Shown here piece by piece: positions 9,025 through 19,562 of a stretch of DNA of 43,478 bases. Position 1 is the first letter of the stretch, and every line of letters starts with the position of its first letter. Source of the stretch: Planctomycetota bacterium (GTDB lineage Bacteria > Planctomycetota > Planctomycetia > Planctomycetales > Planctomycetaceae); NCBI GenBank assembly GCA_003696385.1, contig RFHO01000338.1, forward strand, positions 1 to 43,478, read 5' to 3'. Under the pieces are notes generated by a model that saw only the letters and a program-made list of their open reading frames with translations, had not been told where the DNA came from and searched no databases. Position numbers and translations under genes: made by a program.

Positions 9025-10320
9025 TCAGCCGTCAAAGTGACCGGCGATCAGCGGAGGTCGAAAGACGGTCCCCTCGCCGATGGCGATGGCATCACGCACC
9101 ATCCGAATGACGGTGTCCGCCGTCGGCGGTCGAAGGTAGGCGGTGGCCAGAGGTTCCCCCGCGCGCACGGTATCGCCGATTTCCACGTGCATCCGGAATC
9201 CGACGGCGTGGTCGATGGGCTGTCCCTGATGCTTGCGCCCGCCGCCGGCCTCGATCAGCGCATAGCCGATCTGTTCGGCGTCGATGCCCAGAATGCATCC
9301 GGAACGGTCGGCGTTCACGTCGCGCGGCTCCGCCAGCGGCAGTCGTGCGGTCGGATCGCCGCCCTGTGCACGCACCATGCGGCAGAAGTATTCATAGGCG
9401 TCGCCCCGGTCCAGCGCTGCGCAGACCGTGGCCTGCAGTTCTTCCGGCGGCGATTCCCGGTGAATCCGACGCAAAGCGGACACCGCCAAGGCTTCGCACA
9501 GCGTACGCACGGGTCCGTGTTTTCGGTCGCGCAATACTTCCACGGCCTCGATGACCTCGGTGGCATTGCCCACCATTTCGCCCAATGGCTGATTCATGTC
9601 CGTGATCAGGGCGGTCGTTCGCACGCCGCAGGCGGTACCGACGCGAACCAGCGATTCGGCCAGTTTCCGGGCGTCCGGCAACCGCTTCATGAACGCACCC
9701 GTCCCATGCTTGACGTCCAACACGAGCGCATCCAGCCCTTCCGCCAGCTTCTTGCTCATGATGCTCGCCGTGATCAGCGGAATCGAAGGCACGGTGCCGG
9801 TGACGTCCCGCAGCGCGTACAGGCGGCGGTCGGCCGGAACCAGGTCCTCGGTGGCGCCGGTGATCACGCACCCCACATCGCGAACCTGACGTCGGATTTC
9901 CTGCAGCGAGAGGTCCGTGCGGAACCCCGGAATTGCCTCCAACTTGTCCAGCGTTCCACCGGTGGGACCAAGCCCACGGCCGGAAATCATCGGCACGCGC
10001 ACCCCACAGGCGGCAAGCAACGGCGCCAGAACCAGTGACGTCTTGTCTCCGATTCCACCGGTGGAATGCTTGTCGACCAACGGCCGATCCGCAGCCGTCC
10101 ACGAAAGCCGTGCTCCGGAATCGAGCATCGCTTGCGTCAAGGCGGCCGTCTCCTGCGGCGTCATCCCGCGGAAGTACACCGCCATCGCCCATGCCGCCAT
10201 CTGAGCATCCGAAACCGTGCCCTCCACGAATCCCGACACCAGGGCGGCAATCTCTTCGTCGCTCAGGACGTGTCCGTCGCGCTTGCGGCAAATCGTCCTG
10301 ACGGGATTGAATGCAGGCAT
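9025..10320 (-). CDS. deoA: thymidine / pyrimidine-nucleoside phosphorylase
   Basis: Full-length 431 aa ORF. Family signatures: DKHSTGGIGDKTSLVLAPLLAACG and SGRGLGPTGGTLDKLEAIPG, plus an N-terminal glycosyltransferase family 3 helical domain (SDAQMAAWAMAVYFRGM). Confidence 0.93.
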   Translation of the reverse strand: MPAFNPVRTICRKRDGHVLSDEEIAALVSGFVEGTVSDAQMAAWAMAVYFRGMTPQETAALTQAMLDSGARLSWTAADRPLVDKHSTGGIGDKTSLVLAPLLAACGVRVPMISGRGLGPTGGTLDKLEAIPGFRTDLSLQEIRRQVRDVGCVITGATEDLVPADRRLYALRDVTGTVPSIPLITASIMSKKLAEGLDALVLDVKHGTGAFMKRLPDARKLAESLVRVGTACGVRTTALITDMNQPLGEMVGNATEVIEAVEVLRDRKHGPVRTLCEALAVSALRRIHRESPPEELQATVCAALDRGDAYEYFCRMVRAQGGDPTARLPLAEPRDVNADRSGCILGIDAEQIGYALIEAGGGRKHQGQPIDHAVGFRMHVEIGDTVRAGEPLATAYLRPPTADTVIRMVRDAIAIGEGTVFRPPLIAGHFDG

Positions 10321-10456
10321 GCGCTACCTCCGCAACGCACCGCAGCGGTCTCCGCCGCACCCGGCCACTGTGACGTCCGCTGCTTTTGCTGACGGGCCCG
10401 GCCGCCACCATCGGCCAGCGGCGGATCCAACCAGGTGCCGCCCGCGCCGTTCCCCT

Positions 10457-11806
10457 TCATCGCCGCGGTTTCGTGGCGACGACCACGAAGTACTCGCCGT
10501 ACCGTTCCACATCCACGGTGCCGAACGAGCGCTGGCAGCGGTCCACGAACCAGTCCGCCGATTTCGTGACGACGTGCAACCGTCCTCGCGGCGCGAGCAA
10601 CCGCTGAGCCGTGTCAACGAACAGCTCCGCGATGCGATAGTCCGAGAAATATGGCGGGTTCGTCAACACGCAGTCGAACGGCGCGAATGCATCCAGGTGC
10701 CCATCGGCGTTCAGAATCGCGCGGACATTGCCCAATGCGTTGCGTTCGGCTCCCCACTGCGTGCACTGCACGGCCCGGGCGTTGGAATCCACCGCCACCA
10801 CGCTCCCTTCGGAAACCCTCCACGCAGCGGCGAAGCTCACCGCTCCCGCACCGCATCCCAGTTCCAGAACGCGATGCGCAGGCTGCAGCCGCGGCGTCGG
10901 GCAGTATTGCGAGGCGGATTTCACCAAAGCCGCGTCGACCGGCGCCGGCCCCCCTGCATTCCCGGCAACCGGATGTTCGACCGCCTGCTCCGAGCCGACG
11001 AGTCCCGGCACATGCCCCGGGAGCGTCTCGTCGCTGCCCGAACGCGGCCTGGGCACATCCGAATGGCCCGGAAGTCGCATTCCGACCGGTGGCCCCAACG
11101 AACGGATCAGTGCCCGCGCTCCGGCATCCAGCCGCCGATGACAGAACACGCCCGGACGCGTGATCACGGTCAGCAAGCGGTCCAGGTCACGGAACACGAA
11201 CTCCGCCGTGTAGTCTTTCTCTTTCTTCAGCGGTCCCGTCTTGTCCGCCACGTACACGACGCCGGAATCGAACGCCACCCGCCGCGGCTTTCCGAAGCAC
11301 CGGCCGACCACCTCTTCCAGCCACCGATCCCCCGGGTTATTCGTACTCGTCAGCAGACGGCCGCCAGCCCGAAGAACCTGGTGCGCGGATTGCACGAGAT
11401 CTCGCGCAAGCTCCGCTTCGCCGCGACGATCCGTCGGCAAAAACACCAGGTCGTACGGCCCCTGAGGCGGATCGGGTTGACAGTAGACTTCCGTGCGGTC
11501 CCGCAGCGGCTGCAGCTTTTCCCGAGCCTTTTCCGCATGGAACAGATCCAGGAAAAATGCATCCACGCGGGACTGCGGGCTCAGCTCGGCAACGATCGCC
11601 GGCAGACCTCCGCCGGCCAGCGGCACACACAGCACACGCTCGGGCGAGCCCCAGTGTTCGCGAGCATCGACGAACAGCCATTCGGCCGCCTCGCGCTCAT
11701 GTCGCACTCGAGCGCGCCGCCGACCCGCCCTCACGTTCCGCTTCGCGCTTCGTGTCCCCGGCCGTCTGCTCACCGTCACAGGCCTCTGCTGGCGACGATC
11801 CGCCAT
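10457..11806 (-). CDS. RsmC/RlmG-like two-domain class I SAM-dependent (NPPY-type) methyltransferase
   Basis: The C-terminal module has motif I VLELGCGAGAVS and motif IV VLTNPPY. The N-terminal half is a degenerate MTase-like fold (DLVFLP..GGRLLTSTN), as in RsmC/RlmG. ATG at 11806 chosen; the track ORF begins at GTG 11833. Confidence 0.8.
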   Translation of the reverse strand: MADRRQQRPVTVSRRPGTRSAKRNVRAGRRRARVRHEREAAEWLFVDAREHWGSPERVLCVPLAGGGLPAIVAELSPQSRVDAFFLDLFHAEKAREKLQPLRDRTEVYCQPDPPQGPYDLVFLPTDRRGEAELARDLVQSAHQVLRAGGRLLTSTNNPGDRWLEEVVGRCFGKPRRVAFDSGVVYVADKTGPLKKEKDYTAEFVFRDLDRLLTVITRPGVFCHRRLDAGARALIRSLGPPVGMRLPGHSDVPRPRSGSDETLPGHVPGLVGSEQAVEHPVAGNAGGPAPVDAALVKSASQYCPTPRLQPAHRVLELGCGAGAVSFAAAWRVSEGSVVAVDSNARAVQCTQWGAERNALGNVRAILNADGHLDAFAPFDCVLTNPPYFSDYRIAELFVDTAQRLLAPRGRLHVVTKSADWFVDRCQRSFGTVDVERYGEYFVVVATKPRR

Positions 11807-11970
11807 GAAGTTCGGCCGATCCCACTTCCGCACGCTGCGTGGCGCCTCACCTCGCCGACCGCCGGCTGTCTCGGCGTGGCCACATCCATCCCGGTGGTGC
11901 TCCGGTCGATTACCGCGGAACGACGCCGGCAGGCTCGGAGCACACTCGATAAATCAAACACTGCGGACCG

Positions 11971-13836
11971 TCACCGACGCTCCGGACCGTCCGGCGGGAC
12001 GGCGCGCGGCTGCGGAGCATTGCGCAACTGCAGAAACACCTGGCGTGCGAACATTCCAATGTGTACCCAACCGCGCACTTGCTCGACCGGAACCACCAGC
12101 CGCAATCGTGCGCTCCGCGGCTCGATCGCCCCCCCTATGGCCACATACGACGGCTCGACGCGGAGCCCCTGCAACATCTCCGGGGTGATCGGAATCGGCA
12201 GCTTGCCGCTGCCCACGGCAATCTTCGCACCCTGCACCAGAAGCGACGCGAGGTCGATCATCCCGACGAACGCGGGACGCTCCGGGAGCCGTTTCCGCAT
12301 CCGCACGAACTCCGGTTCATCCGACCGCTGTGCGGTCCGATAGGCCTGCACGACTTCCCGCAGGTCCTCGCGCGTGCCCATAACCTGGATGACCGAGTCG
12401 CCGAGATACACCAAGCGCACGACCATGCCATCCGGACCGTACATCGCAGACAGGATCGCCTTGGTTATCCCCAGCGGATCCGTCTGCTCGTCGACTTCGA
12501 AGCGCCCCCGCAGGACGTCCGCTTTCACGCCGTCGTAGTCCTCCGCTTCCGGCTCGAATTTCAACTCCGTTCGCTGGCCGGGTGAATATTCGCTGGCAAT
12601 CAACGCCCCCAGCCCCGTCCCGGTGCGGACCAGCGTGCGAACGGTACCGGGTAGAGCAGCGGGGTTTCCCGATCGAAGCACAGTCGCGCTTCGCAGCAGC
12701 CCGGACTCGAGATCCCCCAGCCAACCGGCGCCGACGTAGCTCCGCAGCTTCAGTTCGCCGAGCGCATCCTTCAGCTGGCCGACGGTCTGCTTCGCATCAG
12801 CATTGGGAGCGACCGCTTCGGCGAACTGCAAAGCCCAGTCGTAGACTTCGGACAGTCCCACGAACCAGCCGCCGTAAACCAGCTTTCCGGCGGGCAAGCG
12901 GTCGAAAGTCGAAAGATCGACCGGCCGATCGGCCAGCGCCGTCAGGAAGTCGGCCGCCCGTGAACCCGAACGAAACGTCACCAGGTCGTCCAGCCGCAAA
13001 CCGTCTGCGTCCACCGCCAGCGCGCACACGATGGCGTCCATTTCCCGCACGGTCTGGAACGCCTGCCGCACCGCGTCCCGAGCAACGGCAAGCAAAGCCG
13101 GCAGGTTCTTGCGCAGTTCCGGTGGAATCTCGCGTCGTTCGGGACTCTCGGCATCCGGCTGTTCCGCTTTCTCGAGCGTCTCATCGATCGACTGCTCGAC
13201 CTGCCGCTGCGCATCGCGAAGTTTCGCATCGTAAACCCGGACGACCTGCGGTGCGTTGACCAAGACAGACAGATCGCCTCCATCGAACGTGGATCGGACG
13301 GCATCCTTCAACAACGCCGCCGCCGATGCCGTGGCGGTTTCGGTACGAAGCCGTTTCAGCGCATCCGGCTGTTCACTGTAGTACGCCCAGCCGTCATCGA
13401 TCTCGACCTGGAACCCTTGTCCCAGCGCCTCTTTCAGGGCCTCCGGATCGGTCGTCGGGATGGCGAACAGCACATCCGGATCGCGATCCGCGTACAGCCA
13501 TACGGCCACCCACCAATCGCGCTTCCGATCAACGCCGGCCAGCGTCGGATTGCTGATCGCCACACCGACGGCCGCCGCCGATTGCTGGACCATCTGACCG
13601 GTTCCCGGCATCACACGGTTGGCGAACGCCGTGGTTTTTTCGACGGTCGCCTCCGGCGCCTTCAGACGCACCAACACGCAAACGTCCGCCGGAATGCGCT
13701 GAATCGGTTCGGCTGCCTGGGCCGCGACCACACCGCACACCCAGCTCACGATTATGACGATGCCACACCGCCGCCGCGTCCACTGGAGTACGGCCGCGGC
13801 CGCCGATTGCCGCTTGGGACAAACTGCGGTTTTCAT
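11971..13836 (-). CDS. hypothetical signal-anchored / secreted protein (~621 aa)
   Basis: ATG 13836 is preceded by AAGGAG with a 7-nt spacer; the track ORF over-extends to 13890. N-terminal hydrophobic anchor GIVIIVSWVCGVVAAQA. Strong G/C third-position bias throughout. No catalytic motif recognised. Confidence 0.75.
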   Translation of the reverse strand: MKTAVCPKRQSAAAAVLQWTRRRCGIVIIVSWVCGVVAAQAAEPIQRIPADVCVLVRLKAPEATVEKTTAFANRVMPGTGQMVQQSAAAVGVAISNPTLAGVDRKRDWWVAVWLYADRDPDVLFAIPTTDPEALKEALGQGFQVEIDDGWAYYSEQPDALKRLRTETATASAAALLKDAVRSTFDGGDLSVLVNAPQVVRVYDAKLRDAQRQVEQSIDETLEKAEQPDAESPERREIPPELRKNLPALLAVARDAVRQAFQTVREMDAIVCALAVDADGLRLDDLVTFRSGSRAADFLTALADRPVDLSTFDRLPAGKLVYGGWFVGLSEVYDWALQFAEAVAPNADAKQTVGQLKDALGELKLRSYVGAGWLGDLESGLLRSATVLRSGNPAALPGTVRTLVRTGTGLGALIASEYSPGQRTELKFEPEAEDYDGVKADVLRGRFEVDEQTDPLGITKAILSAMYGPDGMVVRLVYLGDSVIQVMGTREDLREVVQAYRTAQRSDEPEFVRMRKRLPERPAFVGMIDLASLLVQGAKIAVGSGKLPIPITPEMLQGLRVEPSYVAIGGAIEPRSARLRLVVPVEQVRGWVHIGMFARQVFLQLRNAPQPRAVPPDGPERR

Positions 13837-14032
13837 CGGGAAGCTCCTTTGTGTCTGCGCAAGATGACCGCCGGGCGCCTCAATCAACATCCCGAGGGGA
13901 CTCGCCCGGGATTTTCACGGAAATCCGGACGCGACGAAAGCCACCGGAGCCTGCCGACGGAGCTGCGAGCTACTGCCGCGCGGCACGTCGAGCCGACGTG
14001 GCGGCGGCGATCGTCGGCCTGACCGCGCGACG

Positions 14033-14060
14033 TCGACGGTCGGCCACGATGCGGTATACT
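14033..14060 (+). promoter_or_regulatory. candidate sigma70-type promoter for tRNA-Leu
   Basis: TCGACG (14033-14038), a 16-nt spacer, then TATACT (14055-14060). The -10 ends 13 nt before the first tRNA nucleotide. Sequence match only. Confidence 0.4.
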
Positions 14061-14073
14061 TCAGCGGCTTGCC

Positions 14074-14155
<82 letters not shown>

Positions 14156-14221
14156 GTTTGCGTGCTTTGGTTGTGAGCGCCGGTTTTCTTCGAGCGTCAC
14201 GCCACGCAAGGCGATTCGTCC

Positions 14222-15967
14222 ATGACCGTCCCGGATTCCGCCGATCGACCTCACAGCTTCTGGGATCCTCCCGGACCGGACGCCCCTTCTTCCCGGCGCC
14301 CGGTCGCCCAATCGGGCCGAACGGTCCCTGGCGGCGCGAACGAAGCAGACCAGGCACCGGTTCGTCGGTTCGACCGGCGGCAAGCTCGCACTGCCGCAAG
14401 ACGTCGGCGGATCCGTGACGTCCAGCTGGCGGCCACCCTGCGTGTTCTGCGGCAGGCGGCTCGGGCCGGGCTGATCGGACCACCAGAACCGGTCGAATCC
14501 CCCGTGCGTTCGCGCTGGCAGCGATGGCGGGACGAGGTCACGGGGTGGTTGCGCGGCGTGCTGACCAGTGCCGTCGTACACGCGGCGATTCTCTTTGTGT
14601 TGGCGGTGTTGTCGGTGCGCGGAGGGGGGACGGTTTTCGAGGCCCTTCAGGCATCGTGGTCCGAAGCCGCTCCGCAACGCCGCTCCCAGGCGAACACCTC
14701 GGTGCGCACCTTCGCGCCGGTCAGGATCGAGTCGCTCCCCGGTGCGACTCCCGCCACGCAGGCGGGGCGGAAGGCGCGACCGGTCGTGGTTCCTTCCAAC
14801 CGTGGGCCGAACGCGCCGCAGGCGATTCGGCCGGCAGGCGTTACCGGAATGCTGCAAGGGCGCTCGCTCGCGCACAAGACCGCGCTGCTGCGTGCCGCGG
14901 GCGGCGACGACAGGACCGCCGCGGCGATCGATCGCGGTCTTCGCTGGCTGATGCGTCAGCAACGGGACGCGGGCAACTGGAGACTCCACGAAGGTTATCC
15001 GAACGCCGGCCTCGCGGTGATTCGCACGGATACGGGGGCAACCGCGCTGGCATTGCTGGCTTTCCTGGGCGACGGTCACACACATCAGACGGGAGACTTC
15101 ACGGACACGGTGCAGCGGGGATTGGATTGGCTGATCGGCGTACAGAAACCGAACGGGGATCTCCACGATCACGTCGAGCTCGGCCGGCAGACTGCGTTCT
15201 ATGCTCATTCGCAGGCGACGATCGCGCTGTGCGAGGCCTGGGCAATGACCGGTGACGAACGTCTGCGGGAGCCGGCGGAACGGGCCGTCGCGTTTCTGGT
15301 GCGGTCGCAGCACCCCTACAATGGGGGCTGGCGCTACCAGCCGCAGACCGAGAAGACGATGGGCGACCTGTCGGTGACCGGTTGGGCCCTGATGGCGCTG
15401 CATACGGCCCGTCGCGCGGGTGTGATGTTTCCCGAGGAAACGTTCGAACGCGCGGCGCGGTTTCTCGACGCCGTCCAGGAGGATTCGGGCGCGCTTTACA
15501 AGTACATGCCGAATGATCCGGCCGACCGGGTCTCGGTGGCCATGACGGCCGAGGGGCTTTTGTGCCGCCAGTGGTTCGGGTGGGGGCCGCAGCACCCTGC
15601 CATGCGCCGCGGAGCGCGCTTTCTGCTCGATCACTGTGGAACTCCGCGGTGGCAAACGGGAGTTCGTAACGTCTACGCGTGGTACTACGTCGCCCAGGTG
15701 CTGCACAATCTCGGCGGTCCGCAGTGGTCGCGGTGGTATGCGGCCGTGCAGCGCGAAATCGTCGATCACCAGGCCAAAGTGGGTAGCCGCGCTCCCGGGA
15801 AAGACATTTTCGGCAGCTGGCATCCGACGAAACCGGTCGGCGCACCGGAAGAGTACGCGGAAAAGGCCGGACGTCTGTACGTCACCGCAATGTGCCTGCT
15901 GATTCTCGAAACGCCCTATCGGCACGCGGCGCTGTACGGCAGGGAGGCTCCTGTGCCCGACCCGTGA
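14222..15967 (+). CDS. membrane-anchored prenyltransferase/squalene-oxidase-repeat (terpene-cyclase-like alpha/alpha toroid) protein
   Basis: Arg-rich N-terminus followed by one TM helix (VLTSAVVHAAILFVLAVLSV). Repeats of the type RGLRWLMRQQRDAGNW, RGLDWLIGVQKPNGDL, AFLVRSQHPYNGGWRY and TGWALMAL. Confidence 0.85.
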   Translation: MTVPDSADRPHSFWDPPGPDAPSSRRPVAQSGRTVPGGANEADQAPVRRFDRRQARTAARRRRIRDVQLAATLRVLRQAARAGLIGPPEPVESPVRSRWQRWRDEVTGWLRGVLTSAVVHAAILFVLAVLSVRGGGTVFEALQASWSEAAPQRRSQANTSVRTFAPVRIESLPGATPATQAGRKARPVVVPSNRGPNAPQAIRPAGVTGMLQGRSLAHKTALLRAAGGDDRTAAAIDRGLRWLMRQQRDAGNWRLHEGYPNAGLAVIRTDTGATALALLAFLGDGHTHQTGDFTDTVQRGLDWLIGVQKPNGDLHDHVELGRQTAFYAHSQATIALCEAWAMTGDERLREPAERAVAFLVRSQHPYNGGWRYQPQTEKTMGDLSVTGWALMALHTARRAGVMFPEETFERAARFLDAVQEDSGALYKYMPNDPADRVSVAMTAEGLLCRQWFGWGPQHPAMRRGARFLLDHCGTPRWQTGVRNVYAWYYVAQVLHNLGGPQWSRWYAAVQREIVDHQAKVGSRAPGKDIFGSWHPTKPVGAPEEYAEKAGRLYVTAMCLLILETPYRHAALYGREAPVPDP

Positions 15968-16215
15968 CTCCGCCCGCCGCCCGATGCTTTGGTCCGACCG
16001 AGCGGGGCAACCGACCTCGCCGCGGACAGTGCGGACGTTGGTCTGCGTGGCGCGGTCGTCTTGACCGGCGGTTTTCCGGCGAACAGAATGACCGGAGTGG
16101 GCTTTGCGGAGCGGGTTTCCGCACGATCGGTTGTGTGTGTCGCGCCGCGAATTCGGTGGGGCCCGGCTGGGGCGCGGCACATTGGTGCGCTAGTCAAGTC
16201 GGAAGAGGTGTGACG

Positions 16216-16896
16216 ATGAAAACGCAGGTGACTCTGGCCGCATTGTTGGCCGTGGTTCTCGGTGGTGTCGCATGGGCAGCTCCGATCGAAGGCGAGTACA
16301 TCGAGGCGCGTACCTGTGACGTGTACACCGGACCGTGCTTCGCCAATGCCGAGATGGGACTGTGCGGCAACGAAGCCATCATGGCGTGGCGGATCGACAA
16401 AGGCGATTGGCACGGTGTCCCACTGGGCGGGCTGACGGTGGCTTTGGTCGTCAACGCCGAGCGTACGCTCGGGGATGACGGCGTGTTCGGCTTCGATCCG
16501 GGCGAAACCCGCAGCGTGCTGCTGGTCGATCGCCGCGCGGATGAACGTCAGCAGGCCGCCCTGATCGCCTTCGCCCGCAAGGCGGCCGGACGACTCGCGA
16601 ACAACGTCGTCGCTGTGCGTCGCGTTCCGATGGAACTGCGGGCCGCCGACGCCGACAGCCGAGCGCAGTTCCGCGCCGCGGGAGTAGCGGAAATCAGCAC
16701 CCGGCCACTGATGCACTGCGACTGCATCTGCACCAACGAAATCGTGTACTACCAGCCGCTGGCCAAAGTGACAGATGCAACTCCTGTGTACACTCTGGCC
16801 ATGTCGTACACGGGACGGGAACTGGGCAACACGTGGACCAATCGCGAACTCCGCAGCGCATTCGTCGGAACCTTCCGGTTCTCCGACAGCCGCTGA
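16216..16896 (+). CDS. secreted DUF1326-like protein
   Basis: ATG 16216 lies inside track ORF 15892..16896 and gives a clean signal peptide, MKTQVTLAALLAVVLGGVAWA. The mature part (EGEYIEARTCDVYTGPCF..AIMAWRIDKGDWHGVPLGGL..HCDCIC) resembles the DUF1326 layout. Family call is from memory of that layout. Confidence 0.7.
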   Translation: MKTQVTLAALLAVVLGGVAWAAPIEGEYIEARTCDVYTGPCFANAEMGLCGNEAIMAWRIDKGDWHGVPLGGLTVALVVNAERTLGDDGVFGFDPGETRSVLLVDRRADERQQAALIAFARKAAGRLANNVVAVRRVPMELRAADADSRAQFRAAGVAEISTRPLMHCDCICTNEIVYYQPLAKVTDATPVYTLAMSYTGRELGNTWTNRELRSAFVGTFRFSDSR

Positions 16897-16998
16897 CGGT
16901 GCGGTGCCCTATCGGAACGGGCGCTGGCCGGTGACCGCTATGGCAGGTCGCCGCACACAGCCGGAAGCCCGTCACCGAGTTCGCCGACAGTAAGCGCG

Positions 16999-17032
16999 CC
17001 CGCCCGGTTCTGCCGGGCGGGTGTTTTTGTTT
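16999..17032 (+). terminator. rho-independent terminator
   Basis: Perfect 9-bp stem CCCGCCCGG / CCGGGCGGG with loop TTCTG, followed by TGTTTTTGTTT. Lies 103 nt after the stop of the DUF1326-like gene. Confidence 0.8.
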
Positions 17033-17332
17033 CACGGCACGGCAACCGCGCTGAAAAACGAAGCTGCACCACCCGCACACCGCACCTCTCACTCCGGCAA
17101 TCGAGGCCGATGCAGACGACGGCGTGCAAACGCTGTCGTTTCCGGTCTTCGGCGGGCGGCTCCATCGTCCCGCTGCGGGAAAGCGGACTGTGAGCGTGGC
17201 AGACCGAACCGTGATGCGCTGCTTCGGGTGAGCCGGCGACCGGGGCGATCGTCGTCTCCGTCTCGACACGCGCGAAAACAACAGCGGCACGGCACCACGG
17301 CGCGGCGTTCACGTCCGACGCCACGGCGGCGC

Positions 17333-18313
17333 TTATTGCGCGTCGGTACCAACGACCCGCGTGCGTTCGGACTGCGGCAAGACGGACCACACCGAACTCG
17401 TGGCGTTTTCGATGACGTGTTTGGCCACCGCGCCCCCGAAAACGGGCTGTCGCGCAAGCAGGCGGCGGTGCGCACGGCGTCCAAGGACGACGACGTCGGC
17501 ATCCGTTTCCTGAGCGCAGTGGATGATCGCCAGAGCCGCGTTTTCGGCTTCGCGCACTTCGCCACGGGCCGCGACGCCGACGTCTTGCAATCGCTGCACC
17601 GCGTGCTCGACCGTTTCCCGCGCCGCGCGTTTCTCCTCTTCCCACGCCGGAGAAGCGTGCTGCACGATCTCCATGTGGAAAGCCGCCACGACCGTCAGCA
17701 CCGCCAGGACCGTCACCGCAGTGCCGGCCGGCCACCGAGCCGCCAGCAGTTCGGCGAGCACCGCTTCGCATGTTTCCGAGCCGTCGTGAGCAAACACGAG
17801 TCGCAGTCCGCCACGGGCCTGCGTTTCGACTCCCGGAACCGACTCGTGTGCCAACCCGACCATCTCCGCGTTGCGACCCACGAAAACGGAGGTGGGCGCG
17901 AGCATGCTGACCGCGTCCGAGACGCTTCCCAATACGAAGCGACGAAGCCGTGAGCGTCCGTGTGAACCGAGCACGATCAGGCGGCTTCCACGTTCCTCGG
18001 CGCAACGGACGATCTCCTCGGCGGGGAATCCCGTCCGCCGCAGAGCTTCGACCGCCGCATCAGGCCACCGGCGGCGAACCAGCTCCATGATGGACGAGCA
18101 CGCTTCCTCCGCGGTCCGCTGGTCGACTTCGTTCAGCATGTCCAGGACGGCGGCCCGTTCGGAACGACCGTATGCGAAAACTCTCCGCGGCTCGCATACG
18201 AACAGCACGTCGACGGCGGTTACCGGAGGCAACGGCAGTCGCGTGGCGGCTTCGGCGGCATCGCGGGCGCTGTCCGATCCGTCGGTCGCAATCAACAACC
18301 GATACCCGTTCAT
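17333..18313 (-). CDS. tandem universal stress protein (two UspA domains)
   Basis: Two UspA modules: RLLIATDGSDSAR..LIVLGSHGRSRLRRFVLGSVSDAV and LVFAHDGSETC..VVVLGRRAHRRLLARQPVFGGAVAKHV. Confidence 0.9.
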   Translation of the reverse strand: MNGYRLLIATDGSDSARDAAEAATRLPLPPVTAVDVLFVCEPRRVFAYGRSERAAVLDMLNEVDQRTAEEACSSIMELVRRRWPDAAVEALRRTGFPAEEIVRCAEERGSRLIVLGSHGRSRLRRFVLGSVSDAVSMLAPTSVFVGRNAEMVGLAHESVPGVETQARGGLRLVFAHDGSETCEAVLAELLAARWPAGTAVTVLAVLTVVAAFHMEIVQHASPAWEEEKRAARETVEHAVQRLQDVGVAARGEVREAENAALAIIHCAQETDADVVVLGRRAHRRLLARQPVFGGAVAKHVIENATSSVWSVLPQSERTRVVGTDAQ

Positions 18314-18508
18314 GACGCGTCTTTCACAGTCGGCCTGATGTTCGGTCCCGCCCGGGCATGGTGCGTCCGGCCCACACCGTCCTGCGGCGTTTGCGGCCTG
18401 TGCGGCCGCATGTGCGCAGGCCCTGGGCGGCGTCCCGCGCCGGCCACACAGGTCGCGATTGTACGCCAGCGCCGCGGGCGACGAAACGCGCCACGTTCCC
18501 TGCCGCCG

Positions 18509-19558
18509 TCACCGGCCGGCTCGACGGCGGCCTTCGGCAGTTGCCGCCCGATCGATCCGCTCACCCGCCGCGGGAATCCCCTCCGGCCGCTCCCATCGCC
18601 ACCACCGAATCGCGGCATCGTCGCCGATGACCAGCACAGCAGGGCCGCCGGAATCGACGGCGATGCACTCGATCGTGCGCCCTGTTGCCTTCTCCGCAAC
18701 TTTGTCGATGGAGGGCGGGCGATTCGGGCTCGTTTCGATTCGCCACAAACGCAGCACGCCGTCCCAGCTCCCGGTCACGAACTCCCGCGACGACCATACC
18801 GCAATTCCCGCCACCGCGTCGGGCTGTTCGGCGTCGCCCACGGCCGTCTGCCGTGCGGCGTTCCACAACAGCAGCTTGCCGTTCCAATCGCCGGTGATCA
18901 GCCAGCGGCCGCCGTCCAGCCACTGCAGTGCGGCAACCGCGGTGTCGTGTCCGCCGTGCACGGCCGATCGCCGCCGTGTCCGCGGAGACCACCACGCGAG
19001 GCGGCCGTCGTCGCCCGCGGTGATGAACGTCCGGCCGTCGGGAGAATACGATGCACAGCGTGCCCCACCTTTGTGTCCGGAGCGCACGGCTTCGCTGCCC
19101 CTCTGCGCATCGACGAACAGCAACCGCCCGTCGGCCAGTGCAACGACGAACTGCAGGACGTTCGCGGTCTGCGGAGCAAACGCGATCGTCCGTACGCTGC
19201 TGCCCTGTGGCTCGAAACGCCGCTCCTGCCCGGTCGCCGGCGAGCGGGCGTAAAGGCGGCCATCGGCCGTCCCAGCGACCACCGTTCCGTCTGCCAGCAC
19301 GGACAGGGCCGTCACCGGCGCCGTGGATCCAGTCTCGCGAACGGCCGGAGGGATGCCGGAATTCTCCCACAGCACCACCCGCCCGTTCGTGCATCCGACC
19401 ACCGGTGCGCCTGTGGCCGCGTTCCACGCCAGACTTACGGGAAGTGCACCGGCGGGCACTTCCACGACCCGCTCGGGCAGCGGGAGCGTCTGCTTCCCGC
19501 AGCCAATGCACAGCATCGCTGCAACGAACACCGGGACGACTCGGAACGTTCGGCACAT
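18509..19558 (-). CDS. WD40/beta-propeller repeat protein, probable lipoprotein
   Basis: N-terminus MCRTFRVVPVFVAAMLCIGCGK is signal-plus-Cys lipobox-like. Repeated WD-type blades: GRVVLWE, GRLAWWS, GKLLLWN, GVLRLWR, AIRWWRW. Confidence 0.8.
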   Translation of the reverse strand: MCRTFRVVPVFVAAMLCIGCGKQTLPLPERVVEVPAGALPVSLAWNAATGAPVVGCTNGRVVLWENSGIPPAVRETGSTAPVTALSVLADGTVVAGTADGRLYARSPATGQERRFEPQGSSVRTIAFAPQTANVLQFVVALADGRLLFVDAQRGSEAVRSGHKGGARCASYSPDGRTFITAGDDGRLAWWSPRTRRRSAVHGGHDTAVAALQWLDGGRWLITGDWNGKLLLWNAARQTAVGDAEQPDAVAGIAVWSSREFVTGSWDGVLRLWRIETSPNRPPSIDKVAEKATGRTIECIAVDSGGPAVLVIGDDAAIRWWRWERPEGIPAAGERIDRAATAEGRRRAGR

Positions 19559-19562
19559 CGGA

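Noticed and set aside
10217-12343. 708-aa + strand ORF
   Set aside because: It is antisense to the RsmC/RlmG-like methyltransferase and its neighbours. It has no motifs, is Arg/Pro-rich, and spans two real gene boundaries.
15989-16213. 74-aa ORF ending 2 nt before the DUF1326-like gene start
   Set aside because: It has a TTG start, intermediate third-position bias (about 69%), no SD and no motif. I cannot support it without comparative data.
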